From Spirochaetota bacterium (lineage in GTDB: Bacteria > Spirochaetota > UBA4802 > JAFGDQ01), in NCBI GenBank assembly GCA_043803405.1, contig JAZDKB010000018.1:128001-192000 (forward strand): 64,000 nt of DNA, read 5' to 3'. The notes below the pieces were generated by a model. That model made no database searches. It was not told the origin of the DNA and saw only the letters and a list, made by a program, of their open reading frames with translations. Positions within the stretch are counted from its first letter, which is position 1; every line of letters begins with the position of its first letter. Below, piece after piece: positions 10,392-20,563 of this stretch. A program made the translations under genes and the position numbers.

Positions 10392-11309
10392 ATGAATTTT
10401 TTTAGATCCGTTAAACTCTCTGTTGGGCTGATAAGTTATTTAATTATATTTTTTATTGCCGCAACTTTGATTCCTCAGAATGAAAATATAAATTTTTATA
10501 CTGATTATTACGGTCCGTTTGCAGGAAATATAATATTATTTTTAAGGCTGAATGATTTTTCCCGTTCAGCTTTTTTTTTAGTCCCAGGATTTGTTTTTTT
10601 TATAAATCTTCTTTTTTGCAGCATTCACAGATTCTCTTCCCGTATTAAGAAAAAGCTTCCATTGCGCCCTGGCCCGGATATTATCCATTTAGGAATAATG
10701 ATCCTCTTTATAGGAGGTTTTCTTTCTTCCGCAGCGAGACAGGAAAAAATGTTCTTTCTTATGAAGGGTGAAAAGCTGAATATTACAGACAGTTTTGACC
10801 TTGTACTGGAACAATTTAACTTTGAGAAATATGCGGATGGAAGGCCTAAAAGCTGGATAAGTACAGTTATAATTAAAAATATAGAAGGGAAGCAAAACAG
10901 GTATTCCATTGAAGTCAACAAACCGCTAAAAATAGAAAAATACGCTTTTTTTCAGGAATCATATTCTGGTTTTGAAGCCTTAATCTTTAAAAATAGTCGG
11001 GGTAAATCGTTCACGATTAAAAATAAGGAAAGCTTAAAAACATCTGCAAAACATATTTACTTTCAGCAAATTAAAAACAGGGAAGCTCTTGTAACAGTCT
11101 GGGATAACAGCAGGGATATTGAAACAAAACTTATAAAAGCCGGTGACCGCATAGATGATTTGACTTTAACTGAAATATCCGCCGGATATTTGTCCGGCTT
11201 AAAAGCAGTATATGATCCGGGTACTAAATTCGCAATACTGTCTTTCATAGTTATTTGCTGCGGCCTGTTTGTTACTTTCTATCAGAAAAGAGGAGAACTA
11301 AAACAGTAA
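10392..11309 (+). CDS. resB: Cytochrome c biogenesis protein ResB/Ccs1 (system II)
   Basis: TLIPQ, NLLFCS, IIHLGI, IEVNKPL, YDPG motifs; TAATG overlap with ccsA. Confidence 0.85.
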   Translation: MNFFRSVKLSVGLISYLIIFFIAATLIPQNENINFYTDYYGPFAGNIILFLRLNDFSRSAFFLVPGFVFFINLLFCSIHRFSSRIKKKLPLRPGPDIIHLGIMILFIGGFLSSAARQEKMFFLMKGEKLNITDSFDLVLEQFNFEKYADGRPKSWISTVIIKNIEGKQNRYSIEVNKPLKIEKYAFFQESYSGFEALIFKNSRGKSFTIKNKESLKTSAKHIYFQQIKNREALVTVWDNSRDIETKLIKAGDRIDDLTLTEISAGYLSGLKAVYDPGTKFAILSFIVICCGLFVTFYQKRGELKQ

Positions 11310-12088
11310 TGGCTACAGCTAGTTTTTTTCTTCAGGTTATTCTGCTTTTTGTTCAGATATTTTTTATTATCACAAAAAGAAATATCAATTTTATTATCTA
11401 TTATTTTTTTCTTGCTTCTTCGCTGCTTCTGCTAAGTGAGACAATTTACAGAAGCATTAAGATATCCTTTGTAGCAGTAACCGGAATGTTCGAGGCTTTA
11501 ATTCTGTTTTCCGCGCTTATTAATCTGATAATATTTTTTTATTTAAAATGGCAGAAAGAGAATGCTCTTACGCATATCGTTTTCGGGTGCACTTTCGTCA
11601 GCATCATCCTGCTTTCTCTGGCATCGTCACCGTTAATACCGAAAGATATGCTTCCCCCGATTCCCACACTTCGTTCTAACTGGCTTGTGCTGCATGTTGC
11701 CTTTACATTTGTTGGCGAAGCATTTTTTACGCTGGCATTTTTTTCCGGCATATTATTTTTACTAAGCAAAAACGAAGAAAGAAAACATAACCTTGACAGG
11801 CTTACATATACGTTTATAGGGATCGGGTATCCGGTTTACACTGCCGGAGCTCTCGCCTTCGGGGCAATATGGGCATATTACGCATGGGGAAATTACTGGT
11901 CGTGGGATCCCAAGGAAACATGGGCTCTGATTACCTGGCTGGTGTATACGCTTTATCTTCATTTCAGGATAATCAGAAATCAGAAGGGAAAAATTACTGC
12001 TATGCTTGCAGTAGCTGGATATATTTCCACTATGTTTACCTTTTTCGGAGTAAACTTTCTGCTTTCAGGACTGCACAGTTATAGATAA
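11309..12088 (+). CDS. ccsA: Cytochrome c biogenesis protein CcsA/ResC (system II); start moved to ATG 11309
   Basis: WWD motif GAIWAYYAWGNYWSWDPKETW, LHV, C-terminal GLHSY. Confidence 0.95.
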   Translation: MATASFFLQVILLFVQIFFIITKRNINFIIYYFFLASSLLLLSETIYRSIKISFVAVTGMFEALILFSALINLIIFFYLKWQKENALTHIVFGCTFVSIILLSLASSPLIPKDMLPPIPTLRSNWLVLHVAFTFVGEAFFTLAFFSGILFLLSKNEERKHNLDRLTYTFIGIGYPVYTAGALAFGAIWAYYAWGNYWSWDPKETWALITWLVYTLYLHFRIIRNQKGKITAMLAVAGYISTMFTFFGVNFLLSGLHSYR

Positions 12089-12150
12089 TTATCTGCCGGT
12101 TATGCTGCATACAATGCCGGATAATTTTGTGGCCGGTTGTCTCAGTGGAA

Positions 12151-12245
12151 TTTTATTTCAGTATCTTCCTCAATATTATACTTTTGAAAAAACGCCTGAT
12201 AATATCCAGGAATTCCTGAGCACCAACCTGAGGCCATTTAATAAG
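12151..12245 (-). pseudogene. Orphan duplicate of the last 30 codons of the 14921-16309 gene
   Basis: Encodes LIKWPQVGAQEFLDIIRRFFKSIILRKILK*, identical in protein to 14921-15013; nucleotide differences are synonymous. Confidence 0.92.
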
Positions 12246-12504
12246 ATTACCTCACAAACAAATTTTATTTAATTTCTCTCCTTCCGCTATTTTAGTTTCA
12301 TCTTTGCGTAATAAACACCTTTTTGCGGTTCTAAGCTTATTTATTTTATAAATCGCTTCAATTGATTAATCCGACAAACTGATCGATCAAACACATAATT
12401 TTATGTGGATTTTTATTGACGAAATAACTTAATAGTAAAATATCCTTGACTTAATGTTAATATTTAAAATAATTTTTTCTAAAAACTCCATATTATTCTT
12501 AATC

Positions 12505-13011
12505 ATGAAAAATATAAAAATAATTATTTTACTTTCATTGCTTTTCAGTGTAGCTAACGCACAAACTTTAGAAAATAAAAAAATTCCCGACTTCCCTGTT
12601 TTTGATGTTTACGACAATAGACATTCAATTTTAGACCTTTTAAAAGACCTGCCGGACAAAGGATACCTTATTCTTAATTTCACTTCAATGTTTTGCAAGC
12701 CGTGTAAAAAAGAAATCCCGGAATTAATGAACATAAGCGATAAATTTAAAAACAGAATAAAAATTATTTATATTTATTCTGAAATCAACAACAAGGAAGT
12801 AATTAATGACGCTTTAAAACTGGGCATTAAAAATAATGAATTAATCAACGTATGCACTGATCTTTTTTCTACAATAAAAAAGGAGCAGAATGTTAAAAGC
12901 GTACCTTATACAATACTGATTTCAAAAAACGGTGATGTCCTTAACCGTATCGAAGGATATACGGAAAAAAATATTAAAATAATTTATTCACTTTTGGAGG
13001 CAACCAAATGA
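12505..13011 (+). CDS. Exported TlpA/ResA-like thiol-disulfide oxidoreductase (track start 12454)
   Basis: Signal peptide, LNFTSMFCKPCKKEIPEL CxxC, SVPYT cis-Pro. Confidence 0.85.
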   Translation: MKNIKIIILLSLLFSVANAQTLENKKIPDFPVFDVYDNRHSILDLLKDLPDKGYLILNFTSMFCKPCKKEIPELMNISDKFKNRIKIIYIYSEINNKEVINDALKLGIKNNELINVCTDLFSTIKKEQNVKSVPYTILISKNGDVLNRIEGYTEKNIKIIYSLLEATK

Positions 13012-14861
13012 GACTGGCGTGTGTATTTCGTGTATCCAAGCTTGTCGTTTTAATTGTTATATTATTTATTAATAATTCATTCGCTCAGAATGAAAAGAAG
13101 CTTAGTATATTTGTTCAGAATATTGATGTTAAAGATGTGCCTCAAAAGTATTCGGAACTTGCTATTGATTCAATTAAAACTGCAATTACCGAACAATACG
13201 GCCAGAAATATACCATGGCCGACAAGGAGTCGCTGGCATCCACAATGTCCAATGAAGAATTAAAACAGGCTTATGGATGCGATGATGAAAAATGCAGACA
13301 AAAAATAGCCGAACAGCTGCGGACTGATTTTACAATAACAGGGAAGATATATCGGGATGCTAATCAAGACATGTTTAGAATAGCCCTTAATTTAAATGAT
13401 AAAAGCGGCAAAACAATCAGGATAAACTACGCGAAATGCCATAGCAATCAAGTAGAATATTACAGCAAAGAATTAACAAAATCACTTTTCAATCCGCAAT
13501 ATAAAGTGCGGGAAGCCGGAATCGGCGATATAAGTTCTGAAGGAATTATTGTAGGAACACTTAAAATGCAAAAGGTTAAAGATCTGGATATCTCAATAAT
13601 GAAATTTACTACAACAGACAGATTTATAAATGATATACTTCCGATGATAAAAGATGGCATAAGGAAAGGTGATGAAAGATATGAGTTAAAAGACTATAAT
13701 AATGCGTTAGAAAACTATAATAAAACTTTAAATACTGTGACAAATGATATTCCTCCGGATAAAGTAACGAAAGATATTGAAATTCTTAAAGAGAAAATTC
13801 AGCAAAGAATCGGAACTGTTATTTATGCCCAATTTGCCGCAAGAGTGGAAGAAACAGACAGAAAGGTAAATGCAGCGCCTTCACCGAAATTAGATCAGAT
13901 GGAGAAGTTTAAAGAATTATATTCAATTATTTTGCATGATTTAAATCGAACAGAATTAGCTTATAAAACAAATAATATAAATATCCTTATTAATCAGGTC
14001 AACAACCGCCATGATTTAATAGCAGCAAGCATTGTAAATCATTATTCTGCACTTGGCGCCGCTTCCTATAACAGTCAGAAGTTTACTGAAGCCATTGCCT
14101 ATTACAATAAGGCTATTGCATCAAGTGTATATTTTATCGATCAAAAAAAGACAAAAACATCGACTACACAACTGAACCGAAAAATAGAAATTGTCAATAA
14201 AGCGGGACAGGACTTTCTTGCCAACCGCGTCTACTATTTCATTGATTCAGCCTTAACCTTTAATGTTTTTAAAAATTATGATAAAATGAAAAGCACAATG
14301 GCAGATGCTGCGATGCTGATTAAAGAAAATGAGGCTTACAGCACCGGGGATTTAATTGTGTATTATAACGGCAAAGCCGATTTTTTAAATCAGCCAAAAT
14401 ATACTTCTAGCGAGGAGTTAAACAGGAAAAGGATACAAAATGAACAACTGAGAATAAGCCAACAAAAAAGAAAAGATGCAATAGAAGCAAATAAAAAGTC
14501 GTATGGCCTAGCTTTTTTTTATTCAATATTACCTGTCACAAGCGGCATGGCGTATGGTTTGGATAATAACGGGATAGGAATTATTCCATGTGTTCTAAAA
14601 ATAACCGGCTTATTAGTATGTATAGCAAAACCAGCAGTCGGTCTTACCATATATGGAGTTGGAGCGGCTGCGGATTTAGTAGGAGGGATTAATTTTGTCT
14701 CTTTCTATAATAAAAAATTTGCATACAATGGATTTATACAAGATAGTGTAAGTCTAAATATTGAACCTATTTTATTTTCAAATTATCAACCAAGAGATGA
14801 GAAAAGTTTAACTATGAATAGGCTTGATGGGCTGAGATGTTCAGTGATATATCATTTTTAA
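13008..14861 (+). CDS. Exported protein with CsgG/TolB_N-like N-terminal domain, TPR-like helices and C-terminal hydrophobic segment
   Basis: Signal peptide; GCDDEKCRQKIAEQL..TITGKI; YNNALENYNK and FTEAIAYYNKA helices; ATGA overlap with tlpA-like gene. Confidence 0.6.
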   Translation: MRLACVFRVSKLVVLIVILFINNSFAQNEKKLSIFVQNIDVKDVPQKYSELAIDSIKTAITEQYGQKYTMADKESLASTMSNEELKQAYGCDDEKCRQKIAEQLRTDFTITGKIYRDANQDMFRIALNLNDKSGKTIRINYAKCHSNQVEYYSKELTKSLFNPQYKVREAGIGDISSEGIIVGTLKMQKVKDLDISIMKFTTTDRFINDILPMIKDGIRKGDERYELKDYNNALENYNKTLNTVTNDIPPDKVTKDIEILKEKIQQRIGTVIYAQFAARVEETDRKVNAAPSPKLDQMEKFKELYSIILHDLNRTELAYKTNNINILINQVNNRHDLIAASIVNHYSALGAASYNSQKFTEAIAYYNKAIASSVYFIDQKKTKTSTTQLNRKIEIVNKAGQDFLANRVYYFIDSALTFNVFKNYDKMKSTMADAAMLIKENEAYSTGDLIVYYNGKADFLNQPKYTSSEELNRKRIQNEQLRISQQKRKDAIEANKKSYGLAFFYSILPVTSGMAYGLDNNGIGIIPCVLKITGLLVCIAKPAVGLTIYGVGAAADLVGGINFVSFYNKKFAYNGFIQDSVSLNIEPILFSNYQPRDEKSLTMNRLDGLRCSVIYHF

Positions 14862-14920
14862 AAAATATTAACACTTTATTAAGGTAATAATATTTATTAG
14901 TTGAAAGCATACCAATGCTT

Positions 14921-16309
14921 TTATTTTAAAATCTTCCTCAATATTATACTTTTGAAAAAACGCCTTATTATATCCAGGAATTCCTGAGCACCCACCTGAG
15001 GCCATTTGATGAGTGCTTCTGTAAGGTTTGAGCATTTGATAGGCTCAGTACGCCAGTCCGATATCAGGACCGGCTTATAGACTTCCGGAGAGCGCAGCAG
15101 AAAACCGGCATCCAATAACTCGCCTTTTGCGCAAATGTGTACTTTAATTGGGACACCCAGTTTTTCATTAAGCGCTTTTAATGTACTATCATCAGGTTTA
15201 TTTTTATTATTATGTGTCTCAACGCGTATATGCAGCCTTTTTCCTGTCACTATAACGAAGTATACGGCGCTGTCAAATTGCTTTGCAAATTCAAGAATTG
15301 ACTGTTCCAGGTTATACGAATATATCTTTTTGCCGTTCAGATTTATTTCATCATCCATTCTGCCTAGAATTTCAATTACCGGGGCCGGATCGCCGCACGC
15401 ACATTTTCCCGGGACGATTCTGCACATATCTCTAGTGTAAAAACGGAAAAGCGGGGCTGCTTCCCTGTAATATGAAGTAACTGTAAGCACTCCGGAATCC
15501 CCGGCCTTTACAGGCTCTTTTGTCTCCGGATCAAGTATTTCTATTATAAAAGAGTCCCTGTGAAGATGATGATTCCCCTTTTTGCATGTTGAAGCAATGC
15601 CGCCGGTTTCCGTGCTCCCGTAAACCGACCTTACAGCAACGTTCCACTTGTTCTCGATGTATTCTTTAAGCGCAGGCGGTACAACGGCTCCGGACATTAA
15701 AGCGAGCTTGATTGATCCAAGGTCTTTTTTCAGGTCATATCCGCATTTATCCGCAACCATTTCCAGCATAATAAGCTCATTTGGCAGGCACCCGATTGCT
15801 TCAACCTTAAGCCGTTTGATTATTTCCAGTGTCCGCTGATAAGTGACGTTCCAGCTGAGGTAGCCTGCAGGCACTATTATACCTCCAGTCTGTCTGGTTC
15901 TTATCTCGAGTACAAACGGGGGGACTGCGAAAGAATAAGGAAACCTGTTAAGCACAAGCATGCCTTTTTTTATTTCGGATGTCCATCTGCTGGTCATTGT
16001 TGCTTCACGTTCATAATCGTCAACAGTAAACCAAGACGCAACCGGAGCGCCGGTAGTACCGAAAGATTCGTGGTAATGCCACGCTTCCGATCTTGGTACG
16101 GCAAGCGTATCTTCGGGAGCAAGCCCGCGCAGATCTTCCTTTAAAGTTAGCGGGAGCTTAAAGAAATCCTCCCATGAGTTCAGCTTGAGTCCCGCGTATT
16201 TCTTTTTGTAAAGGCCGTTTTTGCTGGCTTTACTGAATAATTTCTGGATTGACGGCAGAGAAGCCAGCCTGCCGTCAGCTGTGTTGCTGGTCATATTTTT
16301 TGTTTTCAT
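14921..16309 (-). CDS. Phenylacetate-CoA ligase (PaaK)-like adenylate-forming enzyme
   Basis: ESFGTTG P-loop, YGSTETG, PLFRFYTRD, GRMDD. Confidence 0.85.
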   Translation of the reverse strand: MKTKNMTSNTADGRLASLPSIQKLFSKASKNGLYKKKYAGLKLNSWEDFFKLPLTLKEDLRGLAPEDTLAVPRSEAWHYHESFGTTGAPVASWFTVDDYEREATMTSRWTSEIKKGMLVLNRFPYSFAVPPFVLEIRTRQTGGIIVPAGYLSWNVTYQRTLEIIKRLKVEAIGCLPNELIMLEMVADKCGYDLKKDLGSIKLALMSGAVVPPALKEYIENKWNVAVRSVYGSTETGGIASTCKKGNHHLHRDSFIIEILDPETKEPVKAGDSGVLTVTSYYREAAPLFRFYTRDMCRIVPGKCACGDPAPVIEILGRMDDEINLNGKKIYSYNLEQSILEFAKQFDSAVYFVIVTGKRLHIRVETHNNKNKPDDSTLKALNEKLGVPIKVHICAKGELLDAGFLLRSPEVYKPVLISDWRTEPIKCSNLTEALIKWPQVGAQEFLDIIRRFFKSIILRKILK

Positions 16310-16388
16310 AAGTTCCGCACCGGATTTTTATATTTTTAAAAACAATAAACCATATATTTTTAACAATTTATTGAATTACAGAATTAGT

Positions 16389-16772
16389 TTAATCGTTTCG
16401 TGTTTTATTATCGCCTGTCAGTTTCTCAACTGCCATTCTTGCTGCCCACCGTAAAATAATATAAGTATAATGCGCGCCTGCTAAATACATCCCTGCCCAG
16501 AAAACCAGGTGAGACAGGCCATAAGCTACCGGCCCTCCTATAATTAGAAGAAGCGGCTCACTTTCGGAAATCGATATTACGCCAAGAGCTATCACCAGAG
16601 GCCAGCCGATCACGTAACTGAATAATATCAGAAATAATCCGATAAAATTTTTTATAATTGTCCGTTTTTCGGGTATAATTTTTAAGTTGCTTAAATCGGC
16701 TTTCTCCTGTACCGCTTTATAAACAAAAGGAATTTTTAAAAGCCTTTCCGCTATTTTTCTTTTGAATTTCAT
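16389..16772 (-). CDS. Hypothetical membrane protein
   Basis: 127 aa, two to three hydrophobic helices, co-oriented upstream of the ligase. Confidence 0.7.
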   Translation of the reverse strand: MKFKRKIAERLLKIPFVYKAVQEKADLSNLKIIPEKRTIIKNFIGLFLILFSYVIGWPLVIALGVISISESEPLLLIIGGPVAYGLSHLVFWAGMYLAGAHYTYIILRWAARMAVEKLTGDNKTRND

Positions 16773-17031
16773 GAAAATAGATTATGCCGGTAAAAAAATA
16801 TAAGAATAATTTGACTATCAAATAAGCAGTAATACTTTTAATGCAATCGATTTTTATTTATTCCGTTTAATGTGTTTGGGAACAATTTAAAATATTGACA
16901 AAAGAAATATAATCGCTTAACAGGCAAATATGTATTGAATATCTTTTTTAAAGATATTATTATTGAATATATTTTGAGTTCAAAGCTAAAGATAAAAAAT
17001 AATGCTATTTTAACCAGGTAAAATAAAAATT

Positions 17032-17253
17032 ATGAACTATTATTATAAAATAATTATTGAACCACAGGAAGAGGGTGGGTATACGGCATATGTTCCGAAA
17101 CTGCCGGGATGTGTATCTGAAGGGGATACATATGATGAAACGCTGGCTAATATTAAAGAGGCGATAGAATTATATTTAGAAACATTAAAAGAAAAGGATA
17201 AAATTATCAAAACCGATGATACACATATTTCGGAAGTTTGCGTTTCCTTATGA
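17032..17253 (+). CDS. hicB: HicB-family antitoxin (short, no DNA-binding domain)
   Basis: GGYTAYVPKLPGCVSEGDTYDETLANIKEAIELYLE. Confidence 0.93.
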   Translation: MNYYYKIIIEPQEEGGYTAYVPKLPGCVSEGDTYDETLANIKEAIELYLETLKEKDKIIKTDDTHISEVCVSL

Positions 17254-17468
17254 GCAAAGAAATACCCTCTCTTAAACCTAAAGATGTAATCAAAATTCTG
17301 TCAAAACTCGGATTCAAATTTCATCGCCCAAAAGGCAGTCATAAAATTTATACAAAAGACGAATTTTTAGTTATTGTACCTGATCATAATAAAGATTTAA
17401 AAAAAGGAACTCTTGTCAACATTGCAAAGGGTACCGGCTTATCACTTGAAGAGTTCTTTAAATATTAA
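17250..17468 (+). CDS. hicA: HicA-family toxin; start moved to ATG 17250
   Basis: KGSH, VIVPDH, DLKKGTL; ATGA overlap with hicB. Confidence 0.93.
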   Translation: MSKEIPSLKPKDVIKILSKLGFKFHRPKGSHKIYTKDEFLVIVPDHNKDLKKGTLVNIAKGTGLSLEEFFKY

Positions 17469-17471
17469 TAA

Positions 17472-17894
17472 ATGGCTAAAGACACCTTGCATACTTACGA
17501 AGCTAAAATATCGGTTCCATTCCACGACTGCGATCCAATGCAGGTTGTTTGGCACGGCAATTACTTTAAATATTTTGAGATCGCACGTGATGGACTGCTT
17601 TTCGGTCTGGGAGTCGATCTCCAGTCGTATTTCGGAAAAGAAAAATACGTTTTCCCCATTATCAAAACTTCGTTAAAGCACATTTCGCCGTTAAGGCACC
17701 GCGATGAATTTATCTGCAAAGCCACTCTGCTGGATGCAAAAATTAAGCTGGAATTCTCTTTTGAGATACGCCTGCTTAAGGACAATAAATTATGTGCTAA
17801 AGGGAAAACCGAACAGGTTGCCGTAAAATATCCTGAAATGGAAATCATGTTCAGCATCCCTGACGAAATACGCTCTGCCCTGGGTTTTGAATAA
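17472..17894 (+). CDS. Hotdog acyl-CoA/ACP thioesterase (4HBT family, ApeK-like)
   Basis: VPFHDCDPMQVVWHGNYFKYFEIAR. Confidence 0.9.
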   Translation: MAKDTLHTYEAKISVPFHDCDPMQVVWHGNYFKYFEIARDGLLFGLGVDLQSYFGKEKYVFPIIKTSLKHISPLRHRDEFICKATLLDAKIKLEFSFEIRLLKDNKLCAKGKTEQVAVKYPEMEIMFSIPDEIRSALGFE

Positions 17895-19624
17895 TGGATG
17901 ATATTTTTAATAAAGCGCTGGTTACAGGATTTGAACGCGTTGCAGCGTGGGCCGACCTTCTGGACGGGATAAATGTTTACCCGGTCGCGGACGGGGACAC
18001 AGGTCGCAACCTTACAGTGAGCCTTTCCCCGTTGCGCTTCCCTGGAAAAGAACGCAAAGATATTATTAAAGCTCTTCTTTTTGCTGCGCGCGGCAACTCT
18101 GGCAACATTGCTGCGAGATTTTTTTCCGGCTTTCTTGCTGCTGAAAGCATGGAGGCGCTTACTGATGCTGCTGAGAACGGGCGCAACGCAGCGTGGGAAG
18201 CTGTGAGCAAACCGCGCAAAGGCACAATGCTTTCGGTATTTGACGCACTTTCGGAAACTCTCCGCAAAAAGACATTCGAAGCTGACGAAAAATCAGTATC
18301 TGAATTGCTCGATCATCTGGAAAACGCTGTTCACGCTACTGTTGCTCAGCTTGCGCGTTTAAAAAAAGCGAACGTAGTTGACGCGGGCGCTCTCGGCATG
18401 TTCATTTATTTCGAAGGATTTTTTAACGCTCTGGCCGGCACAGGCAAATATCGTCCCATAATGAAAATTTTTAAGAATAAGCTTGCAGTTTCAAACGCGT
18501 TTCATGAAAAACCGGAAGCAGGCTATTGCGTGGATTTAATATTAAAGGCAGACTCTAATTCAGAGGAAGCCGTGAAAAAAGCGCAGTCCGATAAAAGCGC
18601 GGTAATAATAAGAGAAAACGATTTTATAAAAATACATATTCACACGGACGACAAGCTTGGAGCGCGTGATAAGTTTGAATCGTTCGGACTTGTTAAATGG
18701 GCAGACGATGATCTGTGCGCGCAGATCCTGGATTTTAACAGCGCGCATAAAAAGCAGGCAATACATATTATGAGTGACGCTGCTGGGTCGCTTACTCATA
18801 AGGACGTCAAGGATCTCGGCATTACGCTTCTGGACAGCTACATTACCGCAGAGAGCGCGTGCGCACCGGAAACGTATTTTGATCATAACGAGCTTTATAA
18901 ATCAATGCTTAGCGGAGTAAAAGCGTCTACATCACAGGCGTCCGATTTTGAAAGATTTCAGCATTATGAAAGCGTACTTAGCAGGCATAAAAGAGCGCTG
19001 TATCTTTGCGTAGGTTCTGTTTATACGGGCAATTACAGGACCGCTATGGACTGGAAGAATAAGAACGATAAGGAAAACAGGCTTACTGTAATCGACACAG
19101 GGACAGCGTCCGGAAAGCTTGGACTGATTGTAATTGCTGCTGCCCGATACGCACGCGAAGTATCAAGCCCTGAATCGGTAATTAAATTTGCCGAAAAAGC
19201 TATTGCCTTTGCCGACGAGTTCATTTTTCTCGAAAAACTGCATTATCTCGCAGCAGGAGGCCGCATGTCCAGGACCGGCGCTTTTTTCGGAGACATGCTT
19301 CACGTAAAACCCATTGTTAGCCCGCATTCAGACGGGGCTGCGAAAATCGGTATAGCAAGGAACAATAAAGATCAGCTTGAATTTCTTTTCAGGAAACTTG
19401 AGAGCGCTCTTAAACACGACGCAAGAGCTCTTATAATGCTTGAGTACACAGACAATCCCGGCTGGGTCGAAAATAAATTAAAAACAGAAATTAAAAATAA
19501 ATTTCCGAATGCCGAAATACTGGTTCAGCCACTCTCGCTCACTACAGGTGTTCATACGGGCCCCGGCACATGGGCAGTTGCGTATCTTGACATTGACGCA
19601 ATCAAAACGAATTCCAGGATTTAA
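17894..19624 (+). CDS. Fused DAK2 (FakA-like kinase) and DegV (FakB-like) fatty-acid kinase
   Basis: INVYPVADGDTG, ARGNSGNI, VVDAGA, KIHIHT in N-half; STSQ, IDT, GGRMS, VKPI, HTGPG in C-half. Confidence 0.85.
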   Translation: MDDIFNKALVTGFERVAAWADLLDGINVYPVADGDTGRNLTVSLSPLRFPGKERKDIIKALLFAARGNSGNIAARFFSGFLAAESMEALTDAAENGRNAAWEAVSKPRKGTMLSVFDALSETLRKKTFEADEKSVSELLDHLENAVHATVAQLARLKKANVVDAGALGMFIYFEGFFNALAGTGKYRPIMKIFKNKLAVSNAFHEKPEAGYCVDLILKADSNSEEAVKKAQSDKSAVIIRENDFIKIHIHTDDKLGARDKFESFGLVKWADDDLCAQILDFNSAHKKQAIHIMSDAAGSLTHKDVKDLGITLLDSYITAESACAPETYFDHNELYKSMLSGVKASTSQASDFERFQHYESVLSRHKRALYLCVGSVYTGNYRTAMDWKNKNDKENRLTVIDTGTASGKLGLIVIAAARYAREVSSPESVIKFAEKAIAFADEFIFLEKLHYLAAGGRMSRTGAFFGDMLHVKPIVSPHSDGAAKIGIARNNKDQLEFLFRKLESALKHDARALIMLEYTDNPGWVENKLKTEIKNKFPNAEILVQPLSLTTGVHTGPGTWAVAYLDIDAIKTNSRI

Positions 19625-19634
19625 TAATTTTAAA

Positions 19635-20375
19635 ATGAAAAAAATGAATAAAAACAAATTTGCCGTTATTATACCTGTTTACAATCACGAAGAAATGATA
19701 GCCAGTGTTGTGAAAAATACACTTCAACTCGGCTTTCCTGTTTTCGTGATTGATGACGGATCAACAGATAATACTTTCGAGAATATAAAAAAAATAAAAG
19801 GCATTAAGATACTGCGACATAATGAAAATAAAGGGAAGGGCGCCGCGATACTGACAGGATTTAAAGAGGCAGCCAAAACTGCCGACTGGGCTATTACTAT
19901 TGACGGCGACGGCCAGCACAATCCAAAGGACGCTCTTGCCCTGATAAACGCGATCCCGCAGGGCTCGCGGCCTGTTGTGATCGGCAAGCGTGAGAAGATG
20001 TTCGGGAGCGACGTGCCGTGGACAAGCAGGTTCGGCCGCGGATTTTCAAACTTCTGGGTAAGGCTTTCTGGCGGGCCTGCTGTTTGCGATACGCAGAGCG
20101 GGTTCAGGATTTATCCTTTGCCGGAAATGCTTGCCATAAAAACAAAGGCAATGCGATACCAGTTTGAACTGGAACTGCTCGTAAAAGCACACTGGAAAAA
20201 AATCCCTGTAATTGAAGCTCCTGTAAGCGTAACTTATTCGCCAGGCACAAAGCGCGTTTCCCATTTTCGGCCTTTTATCGATTTTATGCGCAACTCATGC
20301 GTATTCTCCAGGCTTATCTGCTCAAGAATTTTTATTCCGGCTTATGTGCGCAGAAAAATCAAGTATTCCGAATAA
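19635..20375 (+). CDS. Glycosyltransferase family 2 (track start 19509; ATG 19635 or 19644 more likely)
   Basis: IIPVYN, IDDGSTD, GKGAA, DGDGQH, DTQSGFRIYPL, SHFRPFIDF. Confidence 0.92.
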   Translation: MKKMNKNKFAVIIPVYNHEEMIASVVKNTLQLGFPVFVIDDGSTDNTFENIKKIKGIKILRHNENKGKGAAILTGFKEAAKTADWAITIDGDGQHNPKDALALINAIPQGSRPVVIGKREKMFGSDVPWTSRFGRGFSNFWVRLSGGPAVCDTQSGFRIYPLPEMLAIKTKAMRYQFELELLVKAHWKKIPVIEAPVSVTYSPGTKRVSHFRPFIDFMRNSCVFSRLICSRIFIPAYVRRKIKYSE

Positions 20376-20563
20376 TATTTATCTGAATATTGCAAAAAAA
20401 ATAATAATATTAATATCTATTAATACTTAACTCAATAATCTATATAGTTGTTATTGAGTAAATTTTCGTTGATTATTATTTCTATCTATGTTATCGAGAA
20501 TATACTTCATTTATTGATGATTTAAAAAGTATTACGGATATATATTTACGAGGTAAAAATAAA

